A stretch of 63,944 nt of DNA, filler included, from Octopus bimaculoides (GCF_001194135.2; 10 parts of 9 records of this genome joined end to end with filler, not necessarily neighbours in it); one strand, 5' to 3'; shown: positions 37,491 to 51,377, counted from the whole stretch's first letter. The notes: generated by a model not told the origin, from the sequence alone. Made by a program: numbers and translations.

Positions 37491-38920
37491 TTCCTAGAAT
37501 TAAGGAATATTGACAAACTTAATGTTGCAATAAAACTGCAATGAAACGGAAAATAAAGACAAGATTGTTAATTTTCTGGAATAGATGGAAAATAAAACTC
37601 TGATATAAAATGCATAAAAATGCGAATTTCAACATACCTGAATCCCAGTTGAAGAAAACGGAAAACAACAACAAAAACTGGGATTGTTAGTGACTCACCA
37701 AACGAGAGGTTTTATCAACGGTACATATATATTATACACACTCTTAGGTAAACTTAGGCTTATCAGGAGAAGTTTTAAAGATTCGACTGGTGAAGAATAA
37801 ACATAGGTAACTGTTATATTACAATGGAGCAGTTAAAACCGTTGGGACATTCCACTTGTACCATTTTCCCATGTTTATTAGTTCACTGCTGGAGTTTAAT
37901 TGAAGAATGAATGTCACATCGGTTGGTAACTGGATGGTTCCATAGAAGGAGAATATGAGAATAATGGTAAAATCACTGCCAAACAGAAACAGACAGGCAT
38001 ATCGATCCATCTATCTATCTATCTATCTATCCATCCATCTATCTGTCTATCTCTATCTATCTATCTAGCTATCCATCCATCCGTCTGTCTGTCTGTCTGT
38101 CTATCTGCCTGCCTGTCTGTCTGTCTATCTATATAAAAGTATATATATATATATATATATATATAGATATTTGTATATGTATGTATGCATGTGTACAACC
38201 CCTACACACACATATGTAAGTAGTGAGTTGCTCTATAAGAAAATTAAAAAAATAAGCTTAAATTTAGAGTGGATAATAAAAATTAAAATGCTAACAATGC
38301 AAGAAAAATAAAATAATAATTAAATACCGTTAGAATTACAAGATTAAATTTTTTTCAAAAATTCAAAAATAAAACTAAAAACAATAAAAAAAATCAAATA
38401 TTGAAGCAATGATGAAGCCAACTGAATAAACAAACAAACAAACAAGCAAGCAAACAAATAAATAAATAAATAGAGATACAATAAAATATATAATCTATAT
38501 ATTTATCCTGTGTCAACAGATTTAATCGTATTTTTATTGCTATTTTTATTTCCATCATCATCATCATCGTCGTCGTCGTCATCATCATCATTATCATCAT
38601 CATCATTAGATTTTCTGTTCAGCTTAATCCTATGTTTTGCTTTTTTTCTTTTGTATAGAATAATTTTTAATAGATTCACTGACTTGATGTCTTTCAACTC
38701 TTTTTGTTACCATGTTTCAGATGAAATATTTTGCTTCTGTTTCAATTAGTTTCGAAATTAAATGAGGAATCTAGGAAAATAACTTCGGCATTATTAAGCT
38801 GCAATGTTGAACTTAACATGGGATATTTTGATGGAAGTCTTTTAATTTCTTTTGTCTTTATATTTGGTTTGCAAGATTCCTGATGTGAACTTCGTGTCCT
38901 GAATCAAATTTTGTTATACT

Positions 38921-39126
38921 TTGGGAGGTTCATTATGCCAGTAATAAACACATGCAGTGGCTCAATTTCACTTCTTTATTATGAGTCAATTGGTTAGTTA
39001 TTTAACCAAATGATTTAGCATGCGATTAATTAGTTGGCTGGTTAAATAACTAAGCAGTTGACTAATAATAAAGAAGTGAAACTGAAACAATGCATGTGTT
39101 TATTATTGGCAAAATGACCCTCCCAA
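38921..39126. repeat. Long imperfect palindrome (88-bp arms, 30-nt spacer), MITE-like
   Basis: 38921-39008 is the reverse complement of 39039-39126 with about 10 mismatches. Confidence 0.85.
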
Positions 39127-39809
39127 GGCATGACAAATTTGCTTCTACAATCAAGGCTCATCTGATTGATTGCATGTTCAACCACTTAATTAAGCAATCA
39201 ATCAGTTGTCAGTCAGAATCCTTTTGTTGCCTTTTATGATATCATCAATAACGTACCCTCTCCATGTCTGATTTCCTTAAAACAGGTAGTTTGGATCCTT
39301 GAATGAAGGGGCTGGTTGGTGTCAAAAGGGTTAATCTGTAGTAAATGATAATTACACTTCTTTATTTTTTATTAATATCATTAAGTCATCTTTTAATAAC
39401 TGTAATGAAAATAGAATGTCCGAGTTAGACACAGTCTTCTGGCCTGTCTTGAAGAATAAATAACTTTGGATCCATCTAACCCATGACAGCATATAAATCA
39501 GATGTTAATTTATGATGATGATGATGATGATACTGCTGCTGCCACTGCAATTTTTGGTCCTGTTAATGACACCTGTCATTATTGGTGCAGGTACTGCAGC
39601 TGCCACTGGTGCCAAAGATGCCGACACGAACCACGACAATGGCAGCCATGACAACGGTGATCATGATGGCCATGAGGACTGCAACAACGACAACGATGTT
39701 ATATGTCAGTATACAAATGAACTTTTAAGTTTACATAGGTTAGCTTATATTAAACACACACACAGACATACGCACACACAGACACACACACACACACGTA
39801 TATAAAGAG

Positions 39810-39843
<34 letters not shown>

Positions 39844-40071
39844 GTAATGTGTCTGCGTGTGTAATGGTGTGTTTTTGTGAGGAATGGTGTAAATACATGT
39901 CTGGTGTAAGCTTATCCTGCTCCTCTTCCTACTCCTTGCCTTCCCCCTCCACCACCTCCTCCTCCTCCTCATCATCATCATCATCTCAGCATCACTGTCG
40001 CCACTACCGCAACCAACACCACCACCACCAGCATCGTCACCAAAATATGTTTGTATATTTGGGAGAGAGAT

Positions 40072-40104
<33 letters not shown>

Positions 40105-40276
40105 GAGTATGTGTGTGTGTGTGTGTGTTCATATGGATGTGTAGAAAGCAGAAAATTATATATATATAAATAAAGGTATAAATAATGTTACATGTATATC
40201 TGTATCTCTCTCTCTCTCTCTCTCTCTAACTATCTATCTATCTGTTTATATGTATGTGTGTGTATGTATGTATATG

Positions 40277-40313
<37 letters not shown>

Positions 40314-40321
40314 CTATGTAT

Positions 40322-40359
<38 letters not shown>

Positions 40360-40758
40360 NNNNNNNNNNNNNNNNNNNNNNNNNNNNNNNNNNNNNNNNN
40401 NNNNNNNNNNNNNNNNNNNNNNNNNNNNNNNNNNNNNNNNNNNNNNNNNNNNNNNNNNNNNNNNNNNNNNNNNNNNNNNNNNNNNNNNNNNNNNNNNNNN
40501 NNNNNNNNNNNNNNNNNNNNNNNNNNNNNNNNNNNNNNNNNNNNNNNNNNNNNNNNNNNNNNNNNNNNNNNNNNNNNNNNNNNNNNNNNNNNNNNNNNNN
40601 NNNNNNNNNNNNNNNNNNNNNNNNNNNNNNNNNNNNNNNNNNNNNNNNNNNNNNNNNNNNNNNNNNNNNNNNNNNNNNNNNNNNNNNNNNNNNNNNNNNN
40701 NNNNNNNNNNNNNNNNNNNNNNNNNNNNNNNNNNNNNNNNNNNNNNNNNNNNNNNNNN

Positions 40759-40792
<34 letters not shown>

Positions 40793-41122
40793 TATAGATG
40801 TAGATATAGATATATATATATATGCATACACGTTTTAATGTGTGTGCGGAGGGAAATAAATTATGTAAGTATGTTGTTTGTGTTGTGTGTTTGTATGAGT
40901 GTGAGCACAATTTCATCATGGCATATCTACCAATTAGTTTTCCGAGAGTAGCTAAAGCAATTAACTACATATAAGGATAAAGATCATTGGACAGATTGGA
41001 ATACTAATTAAGACTAATCAGGTTTTACTTCATAAGCTTGTCCACTATCTCTAAAGTTTTCTTGCAATGTTGAAATCCAGGTGAGCAAGGCTAATAAGTG
41101 CTAACGCCAGACATTATCATTA

Positions 41123-41198
<76 letters not shown>

Positions 41199-41604
41199 CA
41201 AGGCGGTGAGCTGGCAGAGACGTTAGCACGCCAGGCGAAATGCTTAGCAGTATTTCGTCTGTCTTTACGTTCTCGGTTCAAATTCCTCCGAGGTCGACTT
41301 TACCTTTCATCCTCTCGGGGGTCGGTAAATTAAGTACCAGTTGCGTACTGGGGTCGATCTAATTGACTGGCTTTCTCTCCCAAAATTTCAGGTCTTGTGC
41401 CTATAGTAGAAGGGATTATTATTATTATTATTATTATTAAGGTGGTAAGCTCACAGAACCGTAAGGATGCCGGTCAAAATACCTAGTGGCATTTCGTCCC
41501 TCTATACGTTCTGAGTTCAAACTCCACTGAGGTCGACATTGCCCTTCATCCTTTTGGGGTCAATAAATTAAGTACCAATGAAACACTGGGGTTGATGTAA
41601 TAGA

Positions 41605-42960
41605 CTAGTATTGTTTTAGTCTTCAGGTTCCACATTTTACTAATTTCTATTTCAAGATCTTTATATTTGCTCAGTTTTTGGTAGGTCTTGACAGATACGT
41701 TTATATCGATTGGGACAGTCATATCAATGAGGAGGCATGATTTTTGTCTGAAGTCCTTCAATATAATGTCTAGCCTATTTGCATCTATCTTTCTGTCAGT
41801 TTGAATGGTGAAGTTATTATTATCATTATTATTATTATTATTATCATTATTATCATTATTATTATTATTATTATCATCATCATTATTATTACTTGTTTTT
41901 ATAATTATTTCTTCTGGTTCATTATGGTCTAAGTTCAAATTCTGCTGAGGATCACTTTGTCTTGCATCCTTCTGAGGTTGATGAAATAAGTACCAGCTGA
42001 ACACTGGGTCACTATAATCGACTTACCTCCACCCCTAAATTTTCTAGGTATTTGTATCCCTCATTATTCCACAGCAATCTAACGATGTTGTCTTGTGGTA
42101 ATTTTATGCCATCAGAGTTAATCTCTTCCACCATTTCTTCATAATTTGCACTTCTCACTTATTTACTTTAAATTGCATTCTAATATTTTTTGCGGAATAT
42201 TCTTACAGTTTGGATCAGAAAATCCAAATATTTTTCATATTTTCTAATATAATTTGAAGTCGACTGTGTAAAACAAGGGGTTTATTCTCAACATGGTTTT
42301 GGTAAACTTATAAGCGGTCCCAGATTTTCTCATTATACTTGCCAAATGGATTAACACAATGATGAAGAGTAATGGAGAGAAAGCTAGTCTCCTTGAAAAT
42401 TTTACTTGCATATTTTCACATTTCCTAATAACTCATTTATGCATGTCATTTCTACTTCCCATGCTCTCATTGCTTTTTCCAAAAAGCTGTTTATATTCTC
42501 ATTGATTCTGATTGTCCTTAGGCATTCTAAGATCCAGCAGTGTGGAACATTGTTGTAAGCCTTCCTCTAATCTATCCAGCCAACAGCTAAATTCTTCTTC
42601 TTTACTCAAGCCTCATTTAGTATCCTACTATCAATATATAACAGTTTCCCTACTATCAATATATAACTGTGTAGCAGAATCTAACAGAGAAAATTCTAAG
42701 TTATAACTTATACCCTTAAATCTATGACAAAATATTTTTTCGAGAGAGCTTGTTCTTAAGCTTCTCAAGAGAAAATGAATTACAATGCATATAAAATTTT
42801 GTTTTAAAATTTATAGTAGTACTTATTTAATAGTTATATGAATTCTGAACTTGTACAATACATTTTTATACTACATTAGTATGATTACAATTTCCCTTTA
42901 GTAGGAAATTGTCTGATATCCTACAGTTACACTCAAATTTGTTATCCTTATTAGAATGCT
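41605..42960 (-). mobile_element. Decayed R4/Dong-like non-LTR element: RT and RLE endonuclease remnants interrupted by SINE/AAT repeats
   Basis: RT: ...RKAYNNVPH..ILECLRTIRINENINSFLEKAMRAW, IFQGD*LSPLLFIIVL, RINPLFYTVDFKLY, EGYKYL. RLE at 41605-41810: DRKIDANRLDIILKDFRQKSCLLIDMTVPIDINVSVKTYQKLSKYKDLEIEISKMWNLKT. Confidence 0.8.
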
Positions 42961-43258
42961 CCTTCTAATAAGGATCTGCCAATTTTGACTTCTTTCTGCA
43001 CCCTATTTTCCTCCTCTGATCATAAATTTGACCTTAATTTGGATATGCCCCTAGTAGAGTGCCGGCAGAGTACGTTCACCACTGGAGATTGGTCGTTGGA
43101 TCTACATTAGGGATTCTTCAGGGGTATGCTGAGTACATTCTGTCTTCTGTATCAATCATTTAGAACACACACACACACACACATAATGAAACAACAAAAT
43201 CAAGGCGAGGTGGAATTTATAGGACATTCATATATGGGACATTATAAAGAGAAAGGTT

Positions 43259-43306
43259 GTCTTACAGCTGTTTCTGGGATATTAGGGATATCCCTTCATC
43301 AGAGAC
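43259..43306 (-). ncRNA. Minimal type I hammerhead ribozyme motif (Penelope-type)
   Basis: Minus strand reads GTCT CTGATGA A GGGATAT CCCTA ATATCCC A GAAA CAGCTG TA AGAC. This gives an intact core, helix I GTCT/AGAC, a 7-bp helix II, a palindromic helix III and a GUA cleavage triplet. Confidence 0.65.
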
Positions 43307-44026
43307 GATATGAGAGAGTTAACTAAGAGGGAAATAGTTGAGTTCAATATAAGGAGTTAATTTGGAAAAGGATGGGTATAGGAAGTATAAAGGGAAATAA
43401 GAGAATAAAAATAAAAGGAAAAATATATGTAGGATGTTATAGTTGCAGTTCCATTATCCAAGGGAAGTACTGTGTAGAATGAGTAAAAATGCTTCTTGTC
43501 CATGGTATGTAGATTCCAATAGAAGTTCATATTTTGTTATTACAAGTGGACAGAGTGTAGACATAAATTCCATGGTTTTGTTGTCTCATTTTTTTTAACA
43601 TACATGCTCACACAAGACCTGTATTAGACTACTCACTTGTATTATTATCGATCTGAGAGTCCAACTACAATTCGCTTACATAGCCCTACCTACCATCATA
43701 TATTAGACACAGGAAAAAAATTTATGAAAGCTCCCATTGGAAAGTGAAAGTAGAATGTACCCTTCATTTATTCAAGTACAGCATTGGGGATGATTCTGTC
43801 CCTGCTTTAGACAGGTATTAGCTCCCCTGTTTATGGTAAACTGACTGAGTTATGAGATTTCTAAACTTTCTCTTGTTTCTTATATATTAAATATGTAGGA
43901 CGTGTCGTTATTGATTGACGAGAATTTAATTAGACTTTCTACTGAGTCATAGTTTTTACCCTATTTTCTATAAATGCTTGAACCAATAATTGAAATACAT
44001 ATTTAAATGATTTGGTTTTAATTTAC

Positions 44027-44066
<40 letters not shown>

Positions 44067-44443
44067 NNNNNNNNNNNNNNNNNNNNNNNNNNNNNNNNNN
44101 NNNNNNNNNNNNNNNNNNNNNNNNNNNNNNNNNNNNNNNNNNNNNNNNNNNNNNNNNNNNNNNNNNNNNNNNNNNNNNNNNNNNNNNNNNNNNNNNNNNN
44201 NNNNNNNNNNNNNNNNNNNNNNNNNNNNNNNNNNNNNNNNNNNNNNNNNNNNNNNNNNNNNNNNNNNNNNNNNNNNNNNNNNNNNNNNNNNNNNNNNNNN
44301 NNNNNNNNNNNNNNNNNNNNNNNNNNNNNNNNNNNNNNNNNNNNNNNNNNNNNNNNNNNNNNNNNNNNNNNNNNNNNNNNNNNNNNNNNNNNNNNNNNNN
44401 NNNNNNNNNNNNNNNNNNNNNNNNNNNNNNNNNNNNNNNNNNN

Positions 44444-44489
<46 letters not shown>

Positions 44490-44696
44490 TGTATATCTAT
44501 CTAATTATCTATCTGGAGGGTATATCAGCTGAAACGTTGCATTAACAACAAGATGGGGACAAATATCCGTCAAATGTAAATAATGTAAATAATGCACATA
44601 ATCCCTAATCCCTCATCTCTCAAATATAGAACAGCTGTATATTCTTCTTCTGATGCTAATATGATTCTTTGAAGAAAAGAAGTTAATATAGGCACA

Positions 44697-44854
44697 GGCA
44701 CAGGTGTGGTTGTGGGGTAAAAAGCTTGCTTCCCAGCAACATGGTTTCTGGTTCAGTCCCACTGTGTGGTACCTTGGACAAGTGTCTTCTACCATAGCTT
44801 TGGATTGACCTCAGCTTTGTAAGTGGATTTAGTTGACGGAAACTGAAAGAAGCC

Positions 44855-44899
<45 letters not shown>

Positions 44900-45112
44900 T
44901 ACACATATATATTTATGCGTGTGTGTGTCTGTGCTTGACAACTGATGTTAGTGTATTTACCTCCCCGAAACGTAGCAGTTTGGCAAAAGAGACTGATGGA
45001 ATAAGTATTAGCCTTACAAAGAATAAGTCCTGGGGGTCGATTTGTTCAACTAAACGCAGTGCTGCAGCATGGCCACAGTCAGAGGGCTGAAACAATTAAA
45101 AGAATAAAAGAA
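44697..45112 (+). mobile_element. tRNA-headed CORE-type SINE, family C
   Basis: GGTTCAGTCCCACTG B-box-like segment, then GGTACCTTGGACAAGTGTCTTCTAC, with an internal TA/CA microsatellite and an AAAAGAAT tail. Relatives at 47278-47580 (+), about 19680-20000 (-), 60200-60410 (+). Confidence 0.7.
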
Positions 45113-47579
45113 TAGGTTGTTAAAAGTTTATTGGGTAACTTTCCAATGTCTATGTTAGAATCAACTTGGAAATATGGTACAGACAAGGTTTTTCTGGAAT
45201 ATTATTACAAGAACTAAAGCAGAAAATAAAATTTCTAGCAAACTTTTGAGTGTCAAAAATGTTCTCGTTTGAACTTAGCACTTTGAATCTGAAGAACAAC
45301 ATGCTGCTATGGAAATGTGCAACCAAAATCGTCACATGATTTCCATGTTTTACACTTAGCTGCCTGTGTTAGACAGAATATAACACGACTAAGATATGCA
45401 CATTTATACACACTATGTCACACAGTCATACAAGAAATATGTGCAGCATATACAGATACATATAGACAACATACATAGGACACATGCACTCATACAAATA
45501 CAAATGTACACATACATATGTACACACACACACATACATACATACATACAGGCTTGTGCACACATATTCATATATTTTCATATAGCTTATGTGTATCTTG
45601 TTATGTTACAGAATGATGCAATCATACTAAAAGAGGTACAACAGATTTATATATATTGAAAAAATAATTATGCATGTGTGTGTATGTAAATATATATGTA
45701 TATTATATATATATTTTAACCTTATTTAGTTCTCATCAGTGGCATTCACATCATTTTATACATATATATACATATGTAATATCATCATCATCATCATCAT
45801 CATCAATTAACGTCCGCTTTCCATGCTAGCATGGGTTGGACGATTTGATTGAGGACTGGTGAAACTGGATGGCAACACCAGGCTCCAATCTAATTTAGCA
45901 GAGTTTCTACAGCCGGATGCCCTTCCTAACACCAACCACTCAGAGAGTGTAGTGGGTGCTTTTACGTGTCACCCGCACAAAAACGGCCACGCTCAAAATG
46001 GTGTCTTTTATGTGCCACCCGCACAAGAGCCAGTCCAGGGGCACTGGCAACGATCTCGCTCATATGAAAAAAAAAAAAAACCAGTTAAAGGCAAGGAAGA
46101 CAAAAATATAGATTACTTGCATAAGACTCTATATTTATATATATATGGGTGTGTGTATATTTATATATATGTGGGTGTGTGTGTGTGTATATATATATAT
46201 ACATTTAATACTAATGTAANNNNNNNNNNCCAACCACTCAGAGAGTGTAGTGGGTGCTTTTACGTGTCACCCGCACAAAAACGGCCACGCTCAAAATGGT
46301 GTCTTTTATGTGCCACCCGCACAAGAGCCAGTCCAGGGGCACTGGCAACGATCTCGCTCATATGAAAAAAAAAAAAAACCAGTTAAAGGCAAGGAAGACA
46401 AAAATATAGATTACTTGCATAAGACTCTATATTTATATATATATGGGTGTGTGTATATTTATATATATGTGGGTGTGTGTGTGTGTATATATATATATAC
46501 ATTTAATACTAATGTAACTGTTGTTTTTCCCTGCAGATGGCTACCTTTGATAATAAATCTCAATGGTTAATATTTTTTTAAATATGCTAATATTTCACAC
46601 CTACTCCTGTAACAACCTTTTTACATCTAATGAGTGATTGTCTCATCTCTTCTTTGGTGAATATAGAGGAGTCTATGCTTCATTGAAGATAGTTGTGTCA
46701 GAGGAGACATGCATAGCAAAGATATATGCACTTGTACACACACACACATTTGTGCAACAGACATGCATACACATTCATAATAACAAACATGCATATACAT
46801 ACATGAGTCAGTGGAAAGTCTAATTAAATTCTCTTCAATCAATACAGCACATTCCTACATATTTAATATGGAAGAAACAAGTGAAAGGTTTAACAATTTA
46901 ACTCTATTGGTTTGCAATGAACAGCAGAGGTAACACATGTCAAAATCACTTACAGCGGAGTTAAAATCATTCCCTGGTGAAGTAGAGGAACAGTTAAAGG
47001 GTACATCTTTCTTTCTCTTTCTAATTAAAATTTTCATAAACGTTAATCGTTTACAGTGTGTAATATATGTATGAAGGTAGCGAGCAGGTAGAATTGTTAC
47101 CACATTGGGCATTTTGACAATTTTTGTATTCTAAGCTCAAACTCTGCCAAGGTCGACTTTGCCTTTCATTTTTTGGTGGGGTTGATAAAATAAGTACAAG
47201 TTGAACAATGGGGCTGATGTAACTGATTTAAACCCTCCCCCCAAATTGCTAGCCTTGTGCCAAACTTTAAGACATCAAGCGCAGGAGTGGCTGTGTGGTA
47301 AGTAGCTTGCTTACCAACCACATGGTTCCGGGTTCAGTCCCACTGCGTGGCACCTTGGGCAAGTGTCTTCTACTATAGCTTCGGGCTGACCAAAGCCTTG
47401 TGAGTGGGTTTGGTAGTTGGAATCTGAAAGAAACCTGTCGTATATATATATATATATATATGTTTGTGTGTCTGTGTTTGTCCCCCTGACATCTTATGAC
47501 AACCGATGCTGGTGTGTTTACGTCCCTGTAACTTAGTGGTTGGGCAAATGAGACTGATAGAATCAGTACTAGGCTTACA

Positions 47580-49835
47580 AATGATGATTGTGTTGAGGAT
47601 GAAGATGATGATAATGATGATGATGACGACGATGACAATGACGACGACAATGATGATGACGACGACCATAAAGATGATGATGATGTTGATGATGAAGATG
47701 GTGTTGATGATGAAGATGATGATGATAATGGTGATGATGATGTTTTAACCCTTAAGGGCAAATCAAAAGCACTCCACTATTGTCCACCCATACTTTATCA
47801 AAGCACAATGTATCTAGGATTACATTATGCAACATGCCTTTTTTTTTGTGCGTGTATGAAAGATTACAAAGCAGTAATTGAGGGTGATTTGACTGTGGTT
47901 TCAAGCCACACAAGGTGGCTTCTTCATTCGTTTTTTATCAGTTGCTGTCAGTGATGTTGTTGTTGTTGTTGTTGTTAATAATTATGATGATCATAATAAT
48001 GTTGATGAGAATAATGATACAGATGAGCATAACGATTATGCTAATGAGGATGAGGACAATAACGATGGCAAGGAGAGGGGGGTGGTGAGAGTGATGATGT
48101 TAATGATGGTGTTTGTGGTGGTAATAGTGATGATGATGACGACGACGATGATGATGACGATGAGAATGATGGATGAGGACTAAAACAACAATGACGATGA
48201 TGATGATAACGATGAAGATGAAGATGACAATGACGATGATGATGAAGACGATGATTATGATGACGATGATGGTGATGATGATCATGATAACAATGATGAT
48301 GATGATGATGACGACGATGACAATGATGATGATGATGACGATGATAACGACAACGATGAAGATGACAATGACGATGATGATGAAGACGATGATTATGATG
48401 ACGATGATGATGATGGTGATGATGATCATGATAACAATGACAACGATGATGATGACGATGATGATGACAATGAAGATGAAGATGATGATGATGACAATGA
48501 CAATGATGATGATGATGATGGTGATGACAATGATGATGTGACAATAATGATGGTGATGGTGGCATTGACAATGATGATTATTGACGACGAGAATGATAAT
48601 AATTATGACACCAATGATGAATGATGACGATGATGATGACAGCGATGAAGATGATGACAGTAGTGGGGGTGGAGGTGGTGGCGGTCGCGACTACGATGGA
48701 AATGATCATGTGTTGAAGGTGGTGGTTAAAATGGTGTAGCAGTGTTAATAATGACGGCTTTCATGATAATGAAGACAGTAGTAGTAGTGGTGGTGGTGGT
48801 CATGGTGGTGGTGGTGGTGGTGGTGTGGTGGTGGAGGAGGTAGTGGTCGTCGTCGTCGTCGTTGTGGAGGTAGTGGTAGTAGTAATGATGGTGGTAGTGG
48901 TCATAGTGGTTGTAGCTGTAGTAGAGTAGTAGCAATAGTAGTAGTTGTAGTAGTAGTAGTAGTAGTAGCAGTAGTAGTGGTGGTGGTGGTTTTGGTGGTG
49001 GTAGTAGTAGTGGAGGAGGGAGAGGTAACAGTGGTAGTGGTGGTGATTGTAGCTGTAGTAGTAGTAGTAGTAGAGGTGGTGGAGGTAGTAGTAGTAGTAG
49101 TAGTAGTAGAGTAGTGGTGGTAGTAGTAGTATTGGTGATAATGAAGGTGATTATTTGGTACAGATAATGGTGGTAGCTCCGTTGTTAGTGGTGACGGTGA
49201 TCATAATAATGATAATTAGATGATGGTAACGGGGGGATGGTGGCAGTGATGGGGAGAGCTTTAGGTGGCGGTGGTGGTGATAGTGGTGGAGGGGCGTGAA
49301 CGGAGAGGTTGCAGCAGGAATAATCATGATAATTATGTAGTGACAANNNNNNNNNNNNNNNNNNNNNNNNNNNNNNNNNNNNNNNNNNNNNNNNNNNNNN
49401 NNNNNNNNNNNNNNNNNNNNNNNNNNNNNNNNNNNNNNNNNNNNNNNNNNNNNNNNNNNNNNNNNNNNNNNNNAGAGATGTAGACAGTAATTGGTACAAT
49501 GTTGATGATGTTGATGATGATGATAGCTGCGACAATTGCACTGACGACAGGAATGTTGATGCTGATGATGATGATGTTGAAGATGATGATGAAGAGGATG
49601 ATGATGATAATGATGACGATGATGATGGTCGTGATCGTGATCGTGACGATGACAATGCTGATGGTGATGATGATGATGATGATGATGACGATGAAGATGA
49701 TAATGCGGGGCGGATGATGACGACGAGACGATGACAACAATGATGATGACAATGACGACAACAACGATGACGACGATGATGATGATCAGGATGATGATCA
49801 TGGTGGTGGTGGTGATGGCATTGATGCTAATGATA

Positions 49836-49870
<35 letters not shown>

Positions 49871-49990
49871 AGCAGCGACAGTTGCGCTGGTGACAAGAAT
49901 GATGACGATGACAGTCATGAGGATGATGATAATGATGATGATGATGATGATGATGATGCTGATGGTAATGATGGTGTTGGTGTTGAACAG
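47580..49990. repeat. Extended (GAT/GAC/GGT/AGT)n cryptic trinucleotide region with a gap
   Basis: Directly visible. It is the source of the long poly-H/I/M/S pseudo-ORFs. Confidence 0.9.
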
Positions 49991-50269
49991 CTGTAGTGGC
50001 AGCAGCAGCGGCCATGCTGGTGATAATGATAATGCTAAGTCTTTGTTAAGGTACAATAAACTAATAGTATTAAAGTAATGAGACACAGAACTATAATTAT
50101 CAATTACAGCAATGCAAGTTTCTCCATGTTGTCCATTGTTGTTCGTTACAGACTGACTCAGTAGATACCAGCGAAAATATGCTGCGTTAATGTGATGACT
50201 CGAACAACATACATACATGCATGCATATATATACATACATGTATATGTATATACATATATATATATATA

Positions 50270-50470
50270 TATACAATTACATATATGCATATATAAATAT
50301 ATATATATATATGTACAGTTACATATATGCATATATAAATATATATATATATATGTACAATTACATATATGNNNNNNNNNNTATGCATATATAAATATAT
50401 ATATATATATGTACAGTTACATATATGCATATATAAATATATATATATATATGTACAATTACATATATGC
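50270..50470. repeat. About 40-bp TA-rich minisatellite (GCATATATAAATATATATATATATATGTACA-TTACATATAT)
   Basis: About five tandem units with a 10-N break at 50372-50381. Confidence 0.75.
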
Positions 50471-51063
50471 ATATATATATCATCATCGTATATATATACA
50501 CATATGTATGTATAATCATCATCATCATAGTTCTTGTCACCAGTGCAATTGTCACTGCCATCCTCATTATCACTGTCGTTATCCTCCACCTCCCCCTCCT
50601 CCTCCTCATCATCATCTTCAACATCATGATCATTGTCATCATCACCAGTATCATCATGACCATCATTATCCTCATCGTAGATACATATGCATATATACAA
50701 ATATATATATATATATATATATATTACACACACACACACATGCGTCGGTACCATGTTAAAGCACCCGGTATACTCTGTAAAGTCGTTGGCATTAGGAAGA
50801 GCATCTAGCTGTAGAAACCATGTCAAAACAGACAACTGGTGCCTCCAGCTTGCCAGTACCTGTCAAGCTATCCAACCCATGCAAGCACAGAGAATGGACG
50901 TAAAACGACGACATATATATATATATATATATGAAGCCACATGGAATAGTGGTTAGGGTGTTCGGCTCATGATTGTAAGGTTATGAGTTTGATATCCAAT
51001 CTAGTCTGTTGTGTACTTGAGCAAATTACTATATCTCACATTGGCTCTGTACACTCAGTTGGC

Positions 51064-51096
<33 letters not shown>

Positions 51097-51170
51097 ATGA
51101 TTATCAGTGGATCATATATCCAGAAAAGAAACACACTCAAAATGTTAGAACAGTAATGTATTTAGAGGAA

Positions 51171-51377
51171 GTTAATTATATGGCTGATCATAGAGTGACC
51201 AATGGCTTTGCATCCATAAAGTGCTTAGCCTTGTAGATAACTTTGTCAGACTCCAATGGCTACAGACATTGGAATCTGATGAATCATCTATAAAACTAAG
51301 TGTCTATAAAGCTAAGTGGTGAATCGCATAAAGCTAACTATATAATTGGTCACTCTATGACCAACCATATAATCAAC
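51171..51377. repeat. Palindromic MITE-like element with a central hairpin
   Basis: 51171-51203 inverts 51345-51377 with 3 mismatches in 33. There is an inner imperfect stem at 51234-51258/51267-51290. Confidence 0.8.

Noticed and set aside
45932-46517. 288-bp direct duplication (45932-46219 and 46230-46517)
   Set aside because: The copies appear identical and flank a 10-N gap, which is typical of unmerged overlapping contig ends. The ORFs 45859-46365 and 46250-46570 are therefore artefacts.
46537-47010. Exon-like pieces (CCCTGCAG|ATGGCTACC..., and a minus-strand GCT|GTAAGT near 46955)
   Set aside because: Each has only one good splice site, the translations are uninformative, and they cannot be tied to the 33433 donor without reads.
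48041-50332. His-rich, Ile-rich and Met-rich ORFs up to 393 aa
   Set aside because: Trinucleotide repeats and N runs are open in several frames on both strands, with no splice or homology support.
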